Assembly: GCA_965214095.1 (NCBI GenBank)
Contig: OZ243938.1
Coordinates: forward strand, 2,112,001 to 2,176,000
Direction: 5' to 3'
Origin: Candidatus Poribacteria bacterium
GTDB taxonomy: Bacteria; Poribacteria; WGA-4E; WGA-3G
Length of the DNA stretch: 64,000 nucleotides
The translations under genes and the position numbers were made by a program. Within the stretch, counting starts at the first letter, position 1, and each line of letters opens with the position of its first letter. Under the pieces are notes generated by a model. That model saw only the letters and a program-made list of their open reading frames with translations. It did not search any database and was not told where the DNA came from. Below, piece by piece: positions 21,701 to 32,000 of this stretch.

Positions 21701-24467
21701 CTTTGAATTGGAACTTCCTATAAATGTTACGAATGGCATTATCAGTGGGGGTGCAACGGGTGTAACAATAGCAGTAGGTGCGACAGAAAGTGAGACTATA
21801 ACGGTAACTCGTGCTGGGAGTGCTGTGAACGATGTCGTTGTGGCTTTTGGAAATATGCCCTCGCTACCTTCAGGTCACATGGGTTATAGTCTTATAAAAG
21901 GAGATTCACTCACGATATCCACAGGAGTAAACACAAATATAACCCCTGTCAGTGACCGAACAGCAGCGGTTCGTGATGCTATTGTCGCAAAGGTATCTGG
22001 CGTTACCGATGCAGCTGATGTTACAGTAACGCATCTTGCAGCGATTACTGGAACATTAGATCTAAGTTCTAATACTAATTTACAGTCAACTGGGATCAAA
22101 TCTGGCGATTTTCACGGTCTCACGAGTTTGACAGGTCTTAACTTGTCTGGCAACAATTTAAATACACCTCCAACTGGTATTTTTTCGGATCTTACCAGTT
22201 TGACGCATCTCAACTTAAGTTCAAACAACATTCAAACGTTAGGGAATAATTTCATTGACAATTTAACATCTCTTAAGATTCTTGAGCTTGAGAGTGCGTC
22301 GTTAACAAGCCTGCCAACAGGTATTTTTGACAACCTGACAGCTCTGACAAAACTTGACTTGGATAGCAATAATATCAGTTCATTACCTGATGGGATCTTT
22401 AAAAATCTTACTAATCTGGAAATCCTTGAATTGGATGGTAATGATTTGTCTGCTGTTCCTACAGGTACATTTGTAGGTTTAACCAATATCACGGAACTTA
22501 AATTAGGGGGTAATACGGTGGATCCGTTATCCATCAATTTAACATTAGAATTTGTTTCTATCGGTAAGATTAAGGTAGTTGCTCCGATAGGCTTACCATT
22601 TGAATTCGACTTTCCTATCACTGTTACGAATGGAAGTATAAGCGGTGGTGGGACTGGTGTTACAATAGCCGCCGGTGCAACAAATAGCGAGACGATCACT
22701 ATTATTCGTACTCCGGGAACGACCACCACTGTCACTGCAGATTTCGGGGATCTGCCCGACTTACCTTCAGACCACGAGGGCTATAGTTTTACAAAAGAGA
22801 ATTTGCTTACCGTATTCAGGGAATATAACGATGGTATAACCCCTGTCAGTGAACGAACAGCATCGGTACGAGACGCAATTGTCGCAAAGGTATCCGGTGT
22901 TGACGACGCTGCTGCTGTTACGAGTGACCATCTTTTAGCGATTACAGGAGCAATAGAAATAATTGGCCGTGATGATATACGGACAAACGGTCTAAAATCT
23001 GGTGATTTTGACGGTCTCACAAGTTTGACAGGACTCAGCTTGATTGGAAACAAATTAACAACACTTCCAGATGGCATTTTTGACAATCTTACCAGTTTGA
23101 CAACACTCAACTTGGCTCATAACGGTTTAACAACACTTCCAGATGGCATTTTTGACAATCTCACAAATTTAACATACCTGGGCTTGATTTGGCACGAGCT
23201 CGGAACGATATCTGGTGCTGTCTTTGACAATCTGACTTCACTTAAGACACTTGAATTCAGGAATGGTCCGTTAACAAGCCTTCCAGATGGTGTTTTTGAC
23301 AACCTCACAGCACTGACAACACTTGATCTTCAATCGAATAAAATCAGCACACTACCAGATGAAATCTTTAAGAATCTTACAAATCTGGAACAACTTGAAT
23401 TGGATAATAATGAATTGTCTGCTATTCCTGCAGGTACGTTTGTAGGTTTAACCAGTCTCACAAAACTTTATTTGGATAGGAATAAAGTTATTCCACTGCC
23501 TCTTAATATATCATTGGTGAAAGTTAGTAGTGGTGAGGTTAAGGCAGTTGCTCCAACCGGTGCTCCTTTTAGTATTGACTTACCGGTATATGTACAGGAC
23601 GGAAGTATCAGTGGAGATGTAACAAGTATTACTATTCCAAAGGGATCAACAGACAGTTCAACATTCACCGTAACCCGTAACGAGGGTAGTACTGGTTCTG
23701 TTGTAGTGGTAAATAGTGGACTACCTAGTCTGCCTTCCGTTCATGATGGATATTCTCTTATAAGACCATCACCAATTATTGTAATTGATGGTAATAATGC
23801 TGCTCCATATTTTCCTGATGGATTATCAACCACTCGATTTGTTAATGAGAATGCTGATTATGATGGTGAAGACTTTGACGATCCGGTAACAGCTATTGAC
23901 ATTGATGGAGATTCTTTGACCTATAGTCTCGGTGGCACAGATGCTTCAAAGTTTAGCATTGATAGTACCAGTGGACAATTACAAACGAACGAAGTACACT
24001 TAGACTACGAAACGGTAGGCTGGTCAAGATATACTGTAACCGTCATTGCGACTGATGATAGTGGCGAAGATAATGATAGCACATCTATCACAGTTACAAT
24101 AGAAGTTACCGATGTGGAAGGCAGTGCACCCCTCAGTAGTCTTACTCCACTGAACAATTCATTACAAATACCTGATGTAACGGCATTTCTACCGAATTAT
24201 CCCAATCCATTCAATCCAGAAACGTGGATTCCTTATCAGCTATCCAAAACAGCCGATGTTTCCTTGACGATTTACGATATGCGTGGGGTTGTCATTCGGA
24301 AGTTGGATTTGGGACATAAACCTGCAGGATACTATACTGACCGGACACGCGCAGCATATTGGGATGGCAGAAATGTACTCGGTGAGAAAGTCGCGGGGGG
24401 TGTATATTTCTCGACATTCAAAGCAGGTGATTTCACTGCAACGCGCAAGATGTTGATACTGAAATAG
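12735..24467 (+). CDS. giant secreted LRR/Ig-like/cadherin-repeat protein with C-terminal FlgD-Ig/T9SS-CTD-like domain (~3910 aa)
   Basis: GTG start after AGGAAG and a signal peptide. About 20 cadherin repeats (ATDxDxD, LDYE, DVNExPxF), six LRR blocks, C-terminal PNYPNPFNPETWIPY..TRKMLILK. Confidence 0.9.
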   Translation: MKRIFVLVSFFLILGLQITGFTEITPVVDRTTQVRDAIVAAASVNSASDVTETQLVAITSLNLRSKGITALKSGDFSGMTGLTSLNLYNNELSSLPDGIFEGLTALSSLRLGGNTVDPMPITVLLEEVGEDQIKAIAPTGAPFDIVLPISVTNGSLSEDVTSLTISKGSTKSNLVLVSRTAGTTAAVTANIGTLSSVPNNHYGYALSKSDTLPLEVIGVISTPPETPIEPETPVEPETPVEPETPDNTAPMFNDDTIVVRSVSENTAPDVNIGSAVSATDAENNTLIYSLSGVNADSFSIVSTTGQLKTKSSLNYETKRIYSVSITVSDGNLTDSITVIISIIDIDETPYVSTMLSVEDRTPEVRDAIVAAIPSVSAAEDVTETHLAAITSLNLRTAGISELKTGDFSGLTGLTNLSLYDNMLERLPVGIFEGLTSLTTLRLGSNLADPIPLIVSLQQVAADQFQAIVHTGAPFNVVLPIEVTNGITSNGETTITIPQGSLKSDAFTVVSTSTLEAIGVSIGTLPSLPANHYGYILARSAVCSRTPQVADAIAAAVSGASDCNNVTDVDLATITSLDLSDVDITSLRTDDFSGLLSLSALNLSNNLLDSLPDGIFDSLTSLTSLNLSGNTVDPFPFGIALEKVGEDQFTAGILTGAPFDIVLPITVANGSLSGNVTTLTILQGNRDSMAVSVVRTPKTFGAVTVNLGALPSLPTIQTGYALVKSNQVPLEILPALNVAPEFIDGESTTRSIAERTVADVNIGSPVSATDGDGDTLTYNLSGTDVESFNFDSTTGQLKTKSELDYEERISYTVTITVSDGVLTDTITVTINITDINDNRRPEFTEGDSATRIIAESTNAGVDIGSAVSATDPDEDTLTYSLSGTDASAFDIDSSTGQLQTKASLDYETKSSYSVTVDVSDDEFSDSITVTINIADIDETTADVNDDTPNNAPVFTDGESTTRSVAENTGSGVDIGNPISATDEDKDTLSYSLGGTDALSFSVGSTNGQLRTSAALNYETKSSYSVIITVSDGNEGSATISVTINITDVLEKTNTAPQFTDGSTTSRSVAENIGSGVDIGSAVSATDADDDTLTYSLGGTDAASFTVGSANGQLRTSASLDYETKSSYSVMITVTDGRGGSDSIVITINVTDIVEATNTAPTFTDGSSTSRSIAENTGSGVDIGSAVSATDADDDTLSYSLGGTDGSSFSIDSSSGQLRTSASLDYETKSSYIVTMTVSDGKGGSDSITITINITDVDEATNTAPIFTEGSSTSRTIDENTGSGVDIGSAVSATDADNDTLTYSLSGTDGSSFSIDSSSGQLRTSASLDYETKSSYTVTISVSDGNGGSASITVTIDVNDIDESPANNVPVFTDGSSTTRTIAENTATNVNIGSPVSATDADDDTLSYGLIGIDASSFSIDSTTGQLKTKAALNFETKASYKVTVSASDGQGGSTRINVTINVTNVNEAPVFTAGTSTIRSIAENAGSGINIGSVVSATDVDSPTLTYTLGGTDAASFDIESTTGQLKTKVALDYETKASYSITITVSDGSLTDSITVTINVRDLDETPSNIAPVFTDGDDTTRSIAENTASETNIGDAIAATDEDSAVLAYLLSGTDASSFTIDGTTGQLKTSAVLNFETKAKYTVTVTVSDGSLTDKITVTINVTNVNEAPVFTAGATATRSVAENTAAETNIGAVLAATDPDANDTITYSLGGTDAASFNIVSTSGQLKTKAALDYETKTSYEVTVTATDSGNATDTISVTINVSDVNENRAPAFASESTTRSIAENTGSGINIGDAVSATDPDTDDTLVYSLGGTDAASFDIGSTNGQLRTKAALDYETKSSYSVTVSVSDGNGGTDSISVTINITDVNENRAPAFASESTTRSIAENTGSGVNIGDAVSATDPDTDDTLEYSLGGTDAASFDIGSTNGQLRTKAALDYETKASYSVTVSVSDGNGGTDSISVTINITDVNENRAPVFASESTTRSIAENTGSGVNIGDAVSATDPDTDDTLEYSLGGTDAASFEIGSTNGQLRTKAALDYETKASYSVTVSVSDGNGGTDSISVTINVTDVPENRAPAFSTDSATRSVAENTGSGVNIGIAITATDPDSSDTLEYSLGGTDASSFSIDSTSGQLRTNAALNYETKSSYSVTVSVSDGNGGTDSIAVTINVTDVNEAPTFTENSPTTRSISENTASDTNIGSAVSATDPDSGDSLTYGLGGTDAASFSIDSSSGQLKTKAALDYEDDDGYEVTVIVSDDNSSTSITVNISISDVNEAPTFTESSPATRSIDEHTVSGQNIGSAVSATDPEGDTLTYTLEGTDASSFSIVSTSGQLQTKVALDYETTTSYSVSVKVSDSSLTSTISVTINVTDVTENRAPSFSDSSFSYRISDIENASVGDSIGDPVTASDADDDTLSYSVGGDDAALFDIDSSSGQLKVTQSLIDHSSSAYSIKVIATDPDDATAEISGTIFVTRVTRQLANNPPIFDDGESITLSVAENTASGVNIGTPITATDDDADDTLTYSLEGTDAASFSIVSTSGQLQTSTALDYETKNSYSVTVKVTDDSGASNNSDTIAVAINVTDVDEGITPEINNAPVFADESTTLSVVENTASGVNIGSPITATDDDASDTLTYSLEGTDAASFSIVSTSGQLQTSAALDYATKNSYSITVKVTDDSGASNNSDTITVTINVTIETLLSNRTAGVRNAILNAIEGVDDAADVTETHLAAITGTLDLAGDKSIRANGLKSGDFEGLTSLTGLSLGQNELTILPDGIFEDLTSLTTLDLTGNELTSLPDDIFEDLTSLTTLKLISNDITTLPDGIFDNLTSLTLLDFFLNELTSLPDGIFDNLTSLTHLNLDFTEIASISATIFDNLTSLTILEFEAGNLTSLPAGVFDNLTALTRLDLDGHEISILPDGIFKNLTNLEILELDSNELSTIPAGTFAGLTNIKELYLYGNAVEPLPINIDFVAVPGGKIKAVAPIGAPFELELPINVTNGIISGGATGVTIAVGATESETITVTRAGSAVNDVVVAFGNMPSLPSGHMGYSLIKGDSLTISTGVNTNITPVSDRTAAVRDAIVAKVSGVTDAADVTVTHLAAITGTLDLSSNTNLQSTGIKSGDFHGLTSLTGLNLSGNNLNTPPTGIFSDLTSLTHLNLSSNNIQTLGNNFIDNLTSLKILELESASLTSLPTGIFDNLTALTKLDLDSNNISSLPDGIFKNLTNLEILELDGNDLSAVPTGTFVGLTNITELKLGGNTVDPLSINLTLEFVSIGKIKVVAPIGLPFEFDFPITVTNGSISGGGTGVTIAAGATNSETITIIRTPGTTTTVTADFGDLPDLPSDHEGYSFTKENLLTVFREYNDGITPVSERTASVRDAIVAKVSGVDDAAAVTSDHLLAITGAIEIIGRDDIRTNGLKSGDFDGLTSLTGLSLIGNKLTTLPDGIFDNLTSLTTLNLAHNGLTTLPDGIFDNLTNLTYLGLIWHELGTISGAVFDNLTSLKTLEFRNGPLTSLPDGVFDNLTALTTLDLQSNKISTLPDEIFKNLTNLEQLELDNNELSAIPAGTFVGLTSLTKLYLDRNKVIPLPLNISLVKVSSGEVKAVAPTGAPFSIDLPVYVQDGSISGDVTSITIPKGSTDSSTFTVTRNEGSTGSVVVVNSGLPSLPSVHDGYSLIRPSPIIVIDGNNAAPYFPDGLSTTRFVNENADYDGEDFDDPVTAIDIDGDSLTYSLGGTDASKFSIDSTSGQLQTNEVHLDYETVGWSRYTVTVIATDDSGEDNDSTSITVTIEVTDVEGSAPLSSLTPLNNSLQIPDVTAFLPNYPNPFNPETWIPYQLSKTADVSLTIYDMRGVVIRKLDLGHKPAGYYTDRTRAAYWDGRNVLGEKVAGGVYFSTFKAGDFTATRKMLILK
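13402..13470 (+). repeat. 18-bp tandem repeat encoding a PETPVE linker
   Basis: ccagaaacaccagtggaa x~4. Confidence 0.85.
18042..19265 (+). repeat. near-identical 306-bp cadherin-domain tandem repeats
   Basis: Units begin at 18042, 18348, 18654 and 18960 (GAGAACCGTGCCCC...). Confidence 0.9.
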
Positions 24468-24508
24468 ACTTAATATCAGTATTAAAAGACTCATCAGAGA
24501 TATTCTAA

Positions 24509-24563
24509 ACTAACCAACAAATCAGGCATCGGATACTCCCCGTTGTCTGTTTTGTTGGTTAGT
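24509..24563 (+). terminator. long hairpin downstream of giant gene 1
   Basis: ACTAACCAACAAA...TTTGTTGGTTAGT inverted repeat; no clean U-tract. Confidence 0.45.
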
Positions 24564-24981
24564 GAAATGTAAAAATACGTGCACACTCCCCGGTAGATGC
24601 GGTTTCCTAACCGCATCCATGAGACTGAACAAACACCGGTTCGGTTAGGAAATCGAACCATAGGCGTCAATTTAAGGATATATTTACCTATGAAGGATTT
24701 TGGAAGTCTCTTTTTATCCTATACACCTTTCGCACCGCTGGTGCTGAGTTTCTTGTGATGGATATTTTCTATACACCTTTCGCACCGCTGGTGCTGATAT
24801 GTGATTTACACAAGCCTCGGAGAGGCGATAGATGTATAGCACGTAATATCAACACAGACATAAGCCCAGCGGGGCGACAGGTGTATCATAAACACAAACT
24901 TTACTCACTAAATTGACGCCTATGGTGCGGTTAGGAAACCGAACCTACCGTAGTGTGTAAATAATTATGATTTTTACTATA
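24560..24981. mobile_element. nested MITE: outer TA-bounded REP-carrying unit and inner element 24658-24925
   Basis: Inner TIRs CCATAGGCGTCAATTTA / TAAATTGACGCCTATGG; duplicated TATACACCTTTCGCACCGCTGGTGCTGA at ~24720 and ~24770. Confidence 0.7.
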
Positions 24982-25584
24982 AAGTGACGCGTTGTGCTAA
25001 TTAACATTTGGTATGTTTATATCTCACATATCCGTGCAAGATGAAAATGTCCAAACAATAGTAGTATTAAGTCATATAATAAATTATCGTCTATATTATT
25101 TATATGGTATGTTACTATATTGTAATATTGAATGCAAATAATATTGGCGTTTTGGTAGGATCGATTTCACAAGTGCTTATGATTTCGGTGGAACTGATGA
25201 ACACTCTAAACGAGATTATGTTGGGTAGGGAGTGTGTAAAGTTCTTGGCAAAATGGACACAGATATCCTGTAGGAGCGATCTCCGAATCGCGACTGAACT
25301 CAGTGATAATCTGGAATCGAAGTTCCTTCCTACATCTCAAAATGTCCCATTAATTCAAAAGTTTACTATACTTGCTGTTTCTAAGTCCACATTCAAAAGA
25401 TAATTGTCATATTTTAGATAGGAACTACGGCGTGACAAACTCAAATCCTATCTATCTACTATCCTGAAAATCCTGGTTCAGACAAATAGGAATACAACCC
25501 ACAATAAATGTAACGTTTGTGAAATATAATGAACAAAAATCAATAATTCTTAAAACGAAATACTCTAAATTATAATTATTTTGT

Positions 25585-25613
25585 TTGACAATTGCGTGAC
25601 TTTATATTACAAT
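25585..25613 (+). promoter_or_regulatory. sigma70-type promoter for giant gene 2
   Basis: TTGACA-17nt-TACAAT followed by TAGTAGTATTAAGTC. Confidence 0.6.
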
Positions 25614-26084
25614 TAGTAGTATTAAGTCATAAATATATAACTTTATATATAAAAAGTATAGAAAAACACTATTTATATTGTTAGTATTTGGTCCGTATTT
25701 ACCATAGTTATGGTAAACAGAACTGCCTTTGTTAGAATTGAAATATAAGAATTATGGTTGGATAGGGGAGTTAATAGGGGCAACCTAATTATTTTTTCAA
25801 ATGGACCGGACCAATACATGATTCTTTCCCATAAGAACTTAAGAATAAATCCCTCCTTGTAAAAGTTCTCCTCAATAGATACATAAAGCATCAACTGATG
25901 TGACTTTTAATGACATTATACCGTTTCTAATAAAGAATATCTCATTATGAGAGTATAAATTCTAACTTAGATAGAGAATGTCCGAGGCGCAATGAATTGC
26001 GCTACTACGAACGCCTGTTTTGATAATGACGGGTTATTATTTAGAAATGGTATTACTTTTATTTTATATATAAGGAATCATCCT

Positions 26085-29000
26085 ATGAAAACACGACTCA
26101 AGAATCTGAATTCCGTAATATCTATTTTACTTTGTTCATTAGTTTTCTTTGGTTTACCAGTTACAAGTTCGGCGGAGATTACACCAGTCAGTGAGCGTAC
26201 AACAGAGGTGCAGACTGCTATTGTCGCGGCGGCAGCAGTCGATTCTGCCGCAGATGTAACGGAGACTCACCTTGCAGCGGTTACGACACTCGATCTGCGA
26301 GCTAAAGGTATTACAGCACTGAAATCGGGTGATTTCTCTGGGATGTCCGGACTGACTAATATTAACTTGTATGATAATCAACTTAGCAGCCTTCCAGATG
26401 GTATTTTTGATGGTCTCACCGCGTTGACAACATTGAGGTTAGGTCGTAATACTGTTGATCCGTTTCCTATTACGGTTACACTGGAAAAGGTTGGAGAAAA
26501 CGAATTTAAAGCAGTGGTCCCGACAGGAGCACCGTTTGAGATAGTCGTTCCTATCAGTGTCAGCAACGGTAGTATTAACACTGATGCTAACACCTTAACC
26601 ATAGCAAAAGGTAATAGAGATAGCGGAACTCTCACAGTATCTCAAACAATAGAGAGAATGTCTGTCACCGTAGATATTAGTTCCTTACCCAACCTACTCC
26701 AGAACCATTACGGTTATGTGTTATCCAAATCTGAAACATTGCCTACTGAAGTAATCATAGGTAACACTGCTCCGATGTTTGTTGAAGGTTCCAGTGCCAC
26801 GCGCGCGATCGCTGAGAATGCTGAAACAGATGTCAACATTGGAACACCTATTGCAGCAACAGATTCTGACGACGACCTGCTTACGTATACACTTGGTGGT
26901 ATTGACGCACCGGTATTTTCTATTGATTCTGAGAGTGGACAACTTAAAACCAATACATCTCTGGATTACGAAACACAGCCTTTTTATTCTATCACCATCA
27001 CCACCTCAGATGGTCTGCTCACAGACACCATAACTGTCACAGTTAACGTCATTGACGTGATTGACAACCTTGCACCTCAGTTCACAGAGGGTGCTATCAC
27101 AGTCCGTCAAATTGCAGAGAACAGTGGGGCAGAAGTCAACATCGGGACACCTGTGGTCGCAATAGATATAACTGAAAATACGGATAACGATGATGCAGCA
27201 GATACCCTTGCATATACACTTGGCGGGATTGATGCTGTAACGTTTAGCATTGATAGTGACACAGGTCAACTCAAGACAAAAGAGTCGTTAGATTTCGAAA
27301 CGAAATCCTTATATAAGGTAACTGTCACGGTTTCAGATGGTGACCTCACCGACATAATCACTGTGGTCATCCAGGTTATAGATTTGGCAGAAACTGCCTT
27401 TGTATCTGAATTCCTACCACTTAATGAACGAACACAACAAGTGCAAGATAAAATCGTTGATATCGTCAGTGAAGATGAGATAAGCGAGGCACACATAGCG
27501 GCGATTACTTCACTCAATCTACGGGATACAGGCATAACAGAACTGCAATCGGGTGATTTCTCAGGAATGTCAGGTCTTACAGATATCAATCTGCACAATA
27601 ATATGCTGACGACACTACCGATTGGCATTTTTCAGGGACTTACATTGCTGACGACACTTCGATTAGGAAACAATCTACTGGACCCACTCTCGATTTTTGT
27701 CTCTTTGCAACAGGTTGATAAAAACGTGTTTCAGGTATATGTCCCGAGTGGTGCGCCGTTTGATATTGTCGTTCCAATTCAGGTTGCTAACGGACATATT
27801 AGTAGTGGTGAGTCAACAGCAAAGGTGCTGACAGGAACTCTAACAAGTCAACCGTTTACAATCGTTCCCACTACTGACACGTTGACACCTGCGTCAGTAA
27901 GTATTGGTCCATTGCCGGAATTACCACTGAATCATTACGGTTATATTCTTGCGAGATCTACTGCTTGCAATCGTACCCCAGAGGTGGTTTCAGCGATAGA
28001 GACAATGTATCCGTTTCTCATGCATTGTCAAAACGTATCAAATGTTGATATCGCTACCGTTACATTCCTTAATTTAGACGAAACGGGAATCCTATCACTT
28101 AGAACAGATGATTTCTCTGGATTTCTGTCACTCACAACACTGTATCTAAATAATAATGAGTTGACAGAGCTACCTGCTGGAATATTTGATGGTTTAGATG
28201 CATTAGACACTATTCGTTTGCGCGGAAATCGGTTGGAGTTACTGCCAGATGGTATTTTTAAGGGTATGACAAACTTAGAAGCCTTAGACCTAAGTGGTAA
28301 CGCAATTGATCCGTTACCCATAACTGTATTATTAGAAAAGGTTGATGAAAGTGCGTTCAGAGCGATTGTCCCGACCGGTGCACCATTTGATATAGTGCTC
28401 AAAGTGGAGGTAAACAACGGAAATAACGCGAATGGTATTGACAGCATTACCATTCCAAAAGGGAGTGTTGAAAGTGATGTTTATACCCTCACACGTATAC
28501 CGAATACATTCAATGCTGTTTCAGTAGATATTAGTCCTCTACCAAGTTTACCATCACTGCATACGGGTTATGAATTGGTCAAGCCAGACACGTTGCCACT
28601 TGAAATTCTCTCACGTATTGAAGTTGCACCTGTGATTACCGAAGGAGACACCACGACACGTTCTGTTGCAGAGAATACGGTTGCGGGGACAAACATCGGG
28701 GATCCAATCACAGCAACAGATGAGAATAACGATATGCTTACGTATAACCTTAGCGGTGCCAATGTTGCAGTGTTTGATATTGATTCTACAACGGGACAGT
28801 TGAAAACGAAAGGAGCTCTTGATTATGAAACAAAAACATCGTATTCAGTATCAGTATCCGTTTCTGATGGGAGTTTGACAGCAAGTATTGATGTGGTCAT
28901 CAGTATCACGAATGTCGCAGAAAAACCGGTGTTTCTTGAGGGTGTGAGTACCACGCGCGCTGTAGCAGAAAACTCAGTGGTCGGAACAATAACCGGTGAA

Positions 29001-32000
29001 GTCATTGCTGCAACGGATCCTGATGGTGATACGCTCACCTATAGCCTCAGCGGTGAGGATGCTGCGTTTTTCGATATTGCACCAAGAACAGGACAGTTAG
29101 AAACGAATACTTCTCTTGATTATGAAACAAAGTCATCGTATTCAGTAACAGTATCTGTTTCTGATGGGAGTTTCAGCACAAGTATTGATGTGGTCATCAA
29201 TATCACGAATGTCGCAGAAAAACCGGTATTCATTGAGGGTGTCAGTGCCACCCGCTCTGTAGCAGAAAACTCGGAGGCCGGAACACTAATCAGTGAAGTC
29301 ATTGCTGCAACAGATCCTGATGGGAATACGCTCATCTATAGTCTTAGCGGTGAGGATGCTGCGTTTTTCGATATTGAATCCAGAACAGGACAGTTAGAAA
29401 CGAATACTTCTCTTGATTATGAAACAAAGTCATCGTATTCAGTAACAGTGTCTGTTTCTGATGGGAGTTTCACCGCAAGCATTGATGTGGTCATTAACAT
29501 CATTGATCAACCTGAAACACCTACGGATACGACAGACACGGTGGAATCATTGAATATGCCACCAGAGTTTACAGAAGGAACAAGTATTACACGATCCATT
29601 GCTGAAAACACCGATCCCAACACGCCTATTGGACTACCTCTCTCTGCGAATGATCCTGATGATGACACATTGAGTTACAGTCTTGGGGGGACAGATGCGA
29701 CTTCTTTTAGCATTGATTCTACAACAGGACAATTGAAAACGAAGGGTTCTCTTGATTATGAAACAAAGACATCGTATTCAGTAACAGTATCCGTTTCTGA
29801 TGGGAGTTTGACTGCAAGTATTGATGTCGTCATCAGTATCACAGACGTTTCAGAAAAACCGGTGTTTCTTGAGGGTGTCAGTACCACGCGCGCTGTAGCA
29901 GAAAACTCAGTGGTCGGAACAATAACCGGTGAAGTCATTGCTGCAACGGATCCTGATGGTGATACGCTTACCTATAGCCTCAGCGGTGAGGATGCTGCAG
30001 TCTTTGATATTGAAACTACAACAGGTCAATTGAAAACCAATGCCTCTCTTGATTATGAAACAAAGTCATCGTATTCAGTATCAGTATCCGTTTCAGATGG
30101 GAGTTTCGCCGCAAGTATTGATGTAGTCATTAACATCATTGATCAACAAGAAACGGAGACAGAGATAGAAACGGAAACGGAGATAGAAACGGAAACGGAG
30201 ATAGAAACAGAAACGGAGACAGAAACAGAAACGGAAACGGAAACGGAGATAGAAACAGAAACGGACACGGATACAGAGACAGAAACGGAGACAGAAACAG
30301 AAACGGAGATGGACACGGACAGTGCCCTCATGTTTACAGAAGGAACAACTGCGACTCGTACCGTTCCAATAAATACTGATATTGGTAGGAATATCGGTCT
30401 ACCTATTGCTGCAACGGGTGCTGATCAAGATAACTTCACATATACACTGGGTGGTACCGATGGACTATCCTTTGACATTGTTAGTACAACTGGACAGCTG
30501 CTTACTAAAGGCACAACGTATTGTGATAAAACGTCCTATTCTGTGATTATCACAGTCTCAGATGGAAACCTATCAGATAGCATTGATGTCACCATCAACG
30601 TTGAAAAAGTGAATAAACGGGAAAACAACCGAGATCCTATGTTTACAGTTCCAGGTCCCTATACCATTAGTGTTCCTGAAAATACACCTGTCGGTGTAAA
30701 TATCGGAAGTCCAATACCGATTTCTGATCCTGATAATGATTGTTTAGAATACGAAATACAGGGGATTGGTAAAGAGTTGTTTGACATTGATCCCAGAAGT
30801 GGGCAATTTAGAACCAAGAGTCCATTGGATTACGAAATCAAAAACTCTTACTCACTAACCTTGTGGATTTCTGATTTCGCCTTAATTGTTCCTACTGGAG
30901 TGACGATTGAAATTACAGATGTCAACGACCCTCCTGTCTTTGCTGTTGATCATTTAACGTATACAATACCTGAAAATACGCCGATAGGACATATTTTTGG
31001 TTCAGAGGTGACTCTAACGGACCAGGATGACACAAGAGAGTCGTTAGCAATAACACTAACTGGGTCAGATTCTTCGGGGTTCAGCATCGCTGACGGAATT
31101 GTTGGAAAGTTTGAGGTCCAACAATCATTTGATTATGAAACCCAATCAGTTTTCAACGTAACGATAAGGGTAGAAGATAATAGCGGTGCTACAGATACAC
31201 TTCCGGTAGTAATCAGAATCATAGATATTGACGAGGGTGTTAACAATGCTCCAGTGTTTACAGGTGGCGCAAGTGCTACACGATCCATAGCTGAAAACAC
31301 CGACACTAACACTGATATTGGAGAAGTTTTCTCTGCTATTGATCCTGATGGTGACACATTGAGTTACAGTCTTGGCGGTACAGATGCGGCTTCTTTTAGC
31401 ATTGTTACGACAACAGAACAAACAGGACAGTTGAAAACGAATAGTGCATTGGATCATGAAACCAAAGGGACTTATTCCGTTGAAGTCATAGCCTCAGATG
31501 GTGAACTCAGTTCAAGTATTCAAGTAAGTATTACGATTACTGATGTCAACGATCCTCCTGTCTTTCCTGTTGAAAGTGTTACTTATTCAATTCCTGAGAA
31601 TACGACTGCGGGGCAAACTGTTGGGACACCGGTACTCGCAACTGACCAAGATGGTGACACTGTGCTGTATCGCGAATCGGGACCAGATGGGGATTGGGAA
31701 GGGTTTACACTTAATATACATACTGGAGGGTTACTGACGCGTATTTCTTCTTATGATTTTGAAACAAAGCCTACGTACACCCTCACCATAACTGCAAGGG
31801 ATAGGCATTCGGCAACAGATACTCTTGCTGTCACGATCAATATCACAGAATCTGTAAATGGTGCGAACCGTGCGCCGACTGCTGTTGGTTCTATTCCAGC
31901 ACAGACGATGCAATCGGATGACTCTGCCCTACTCTTGACTGTTTCAAGTTATTTCACCGATCCAGACAACGATAATCTCACATATACAGCAAGCTCAAGT

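Noticed and set aside
24715-24800. Two 28-bp direct repeats with a spacer, CRISPR-like
   Set aside because: Only two copies, no cas genes, and the same family recurs at ~42830 as a dispersed repeat.
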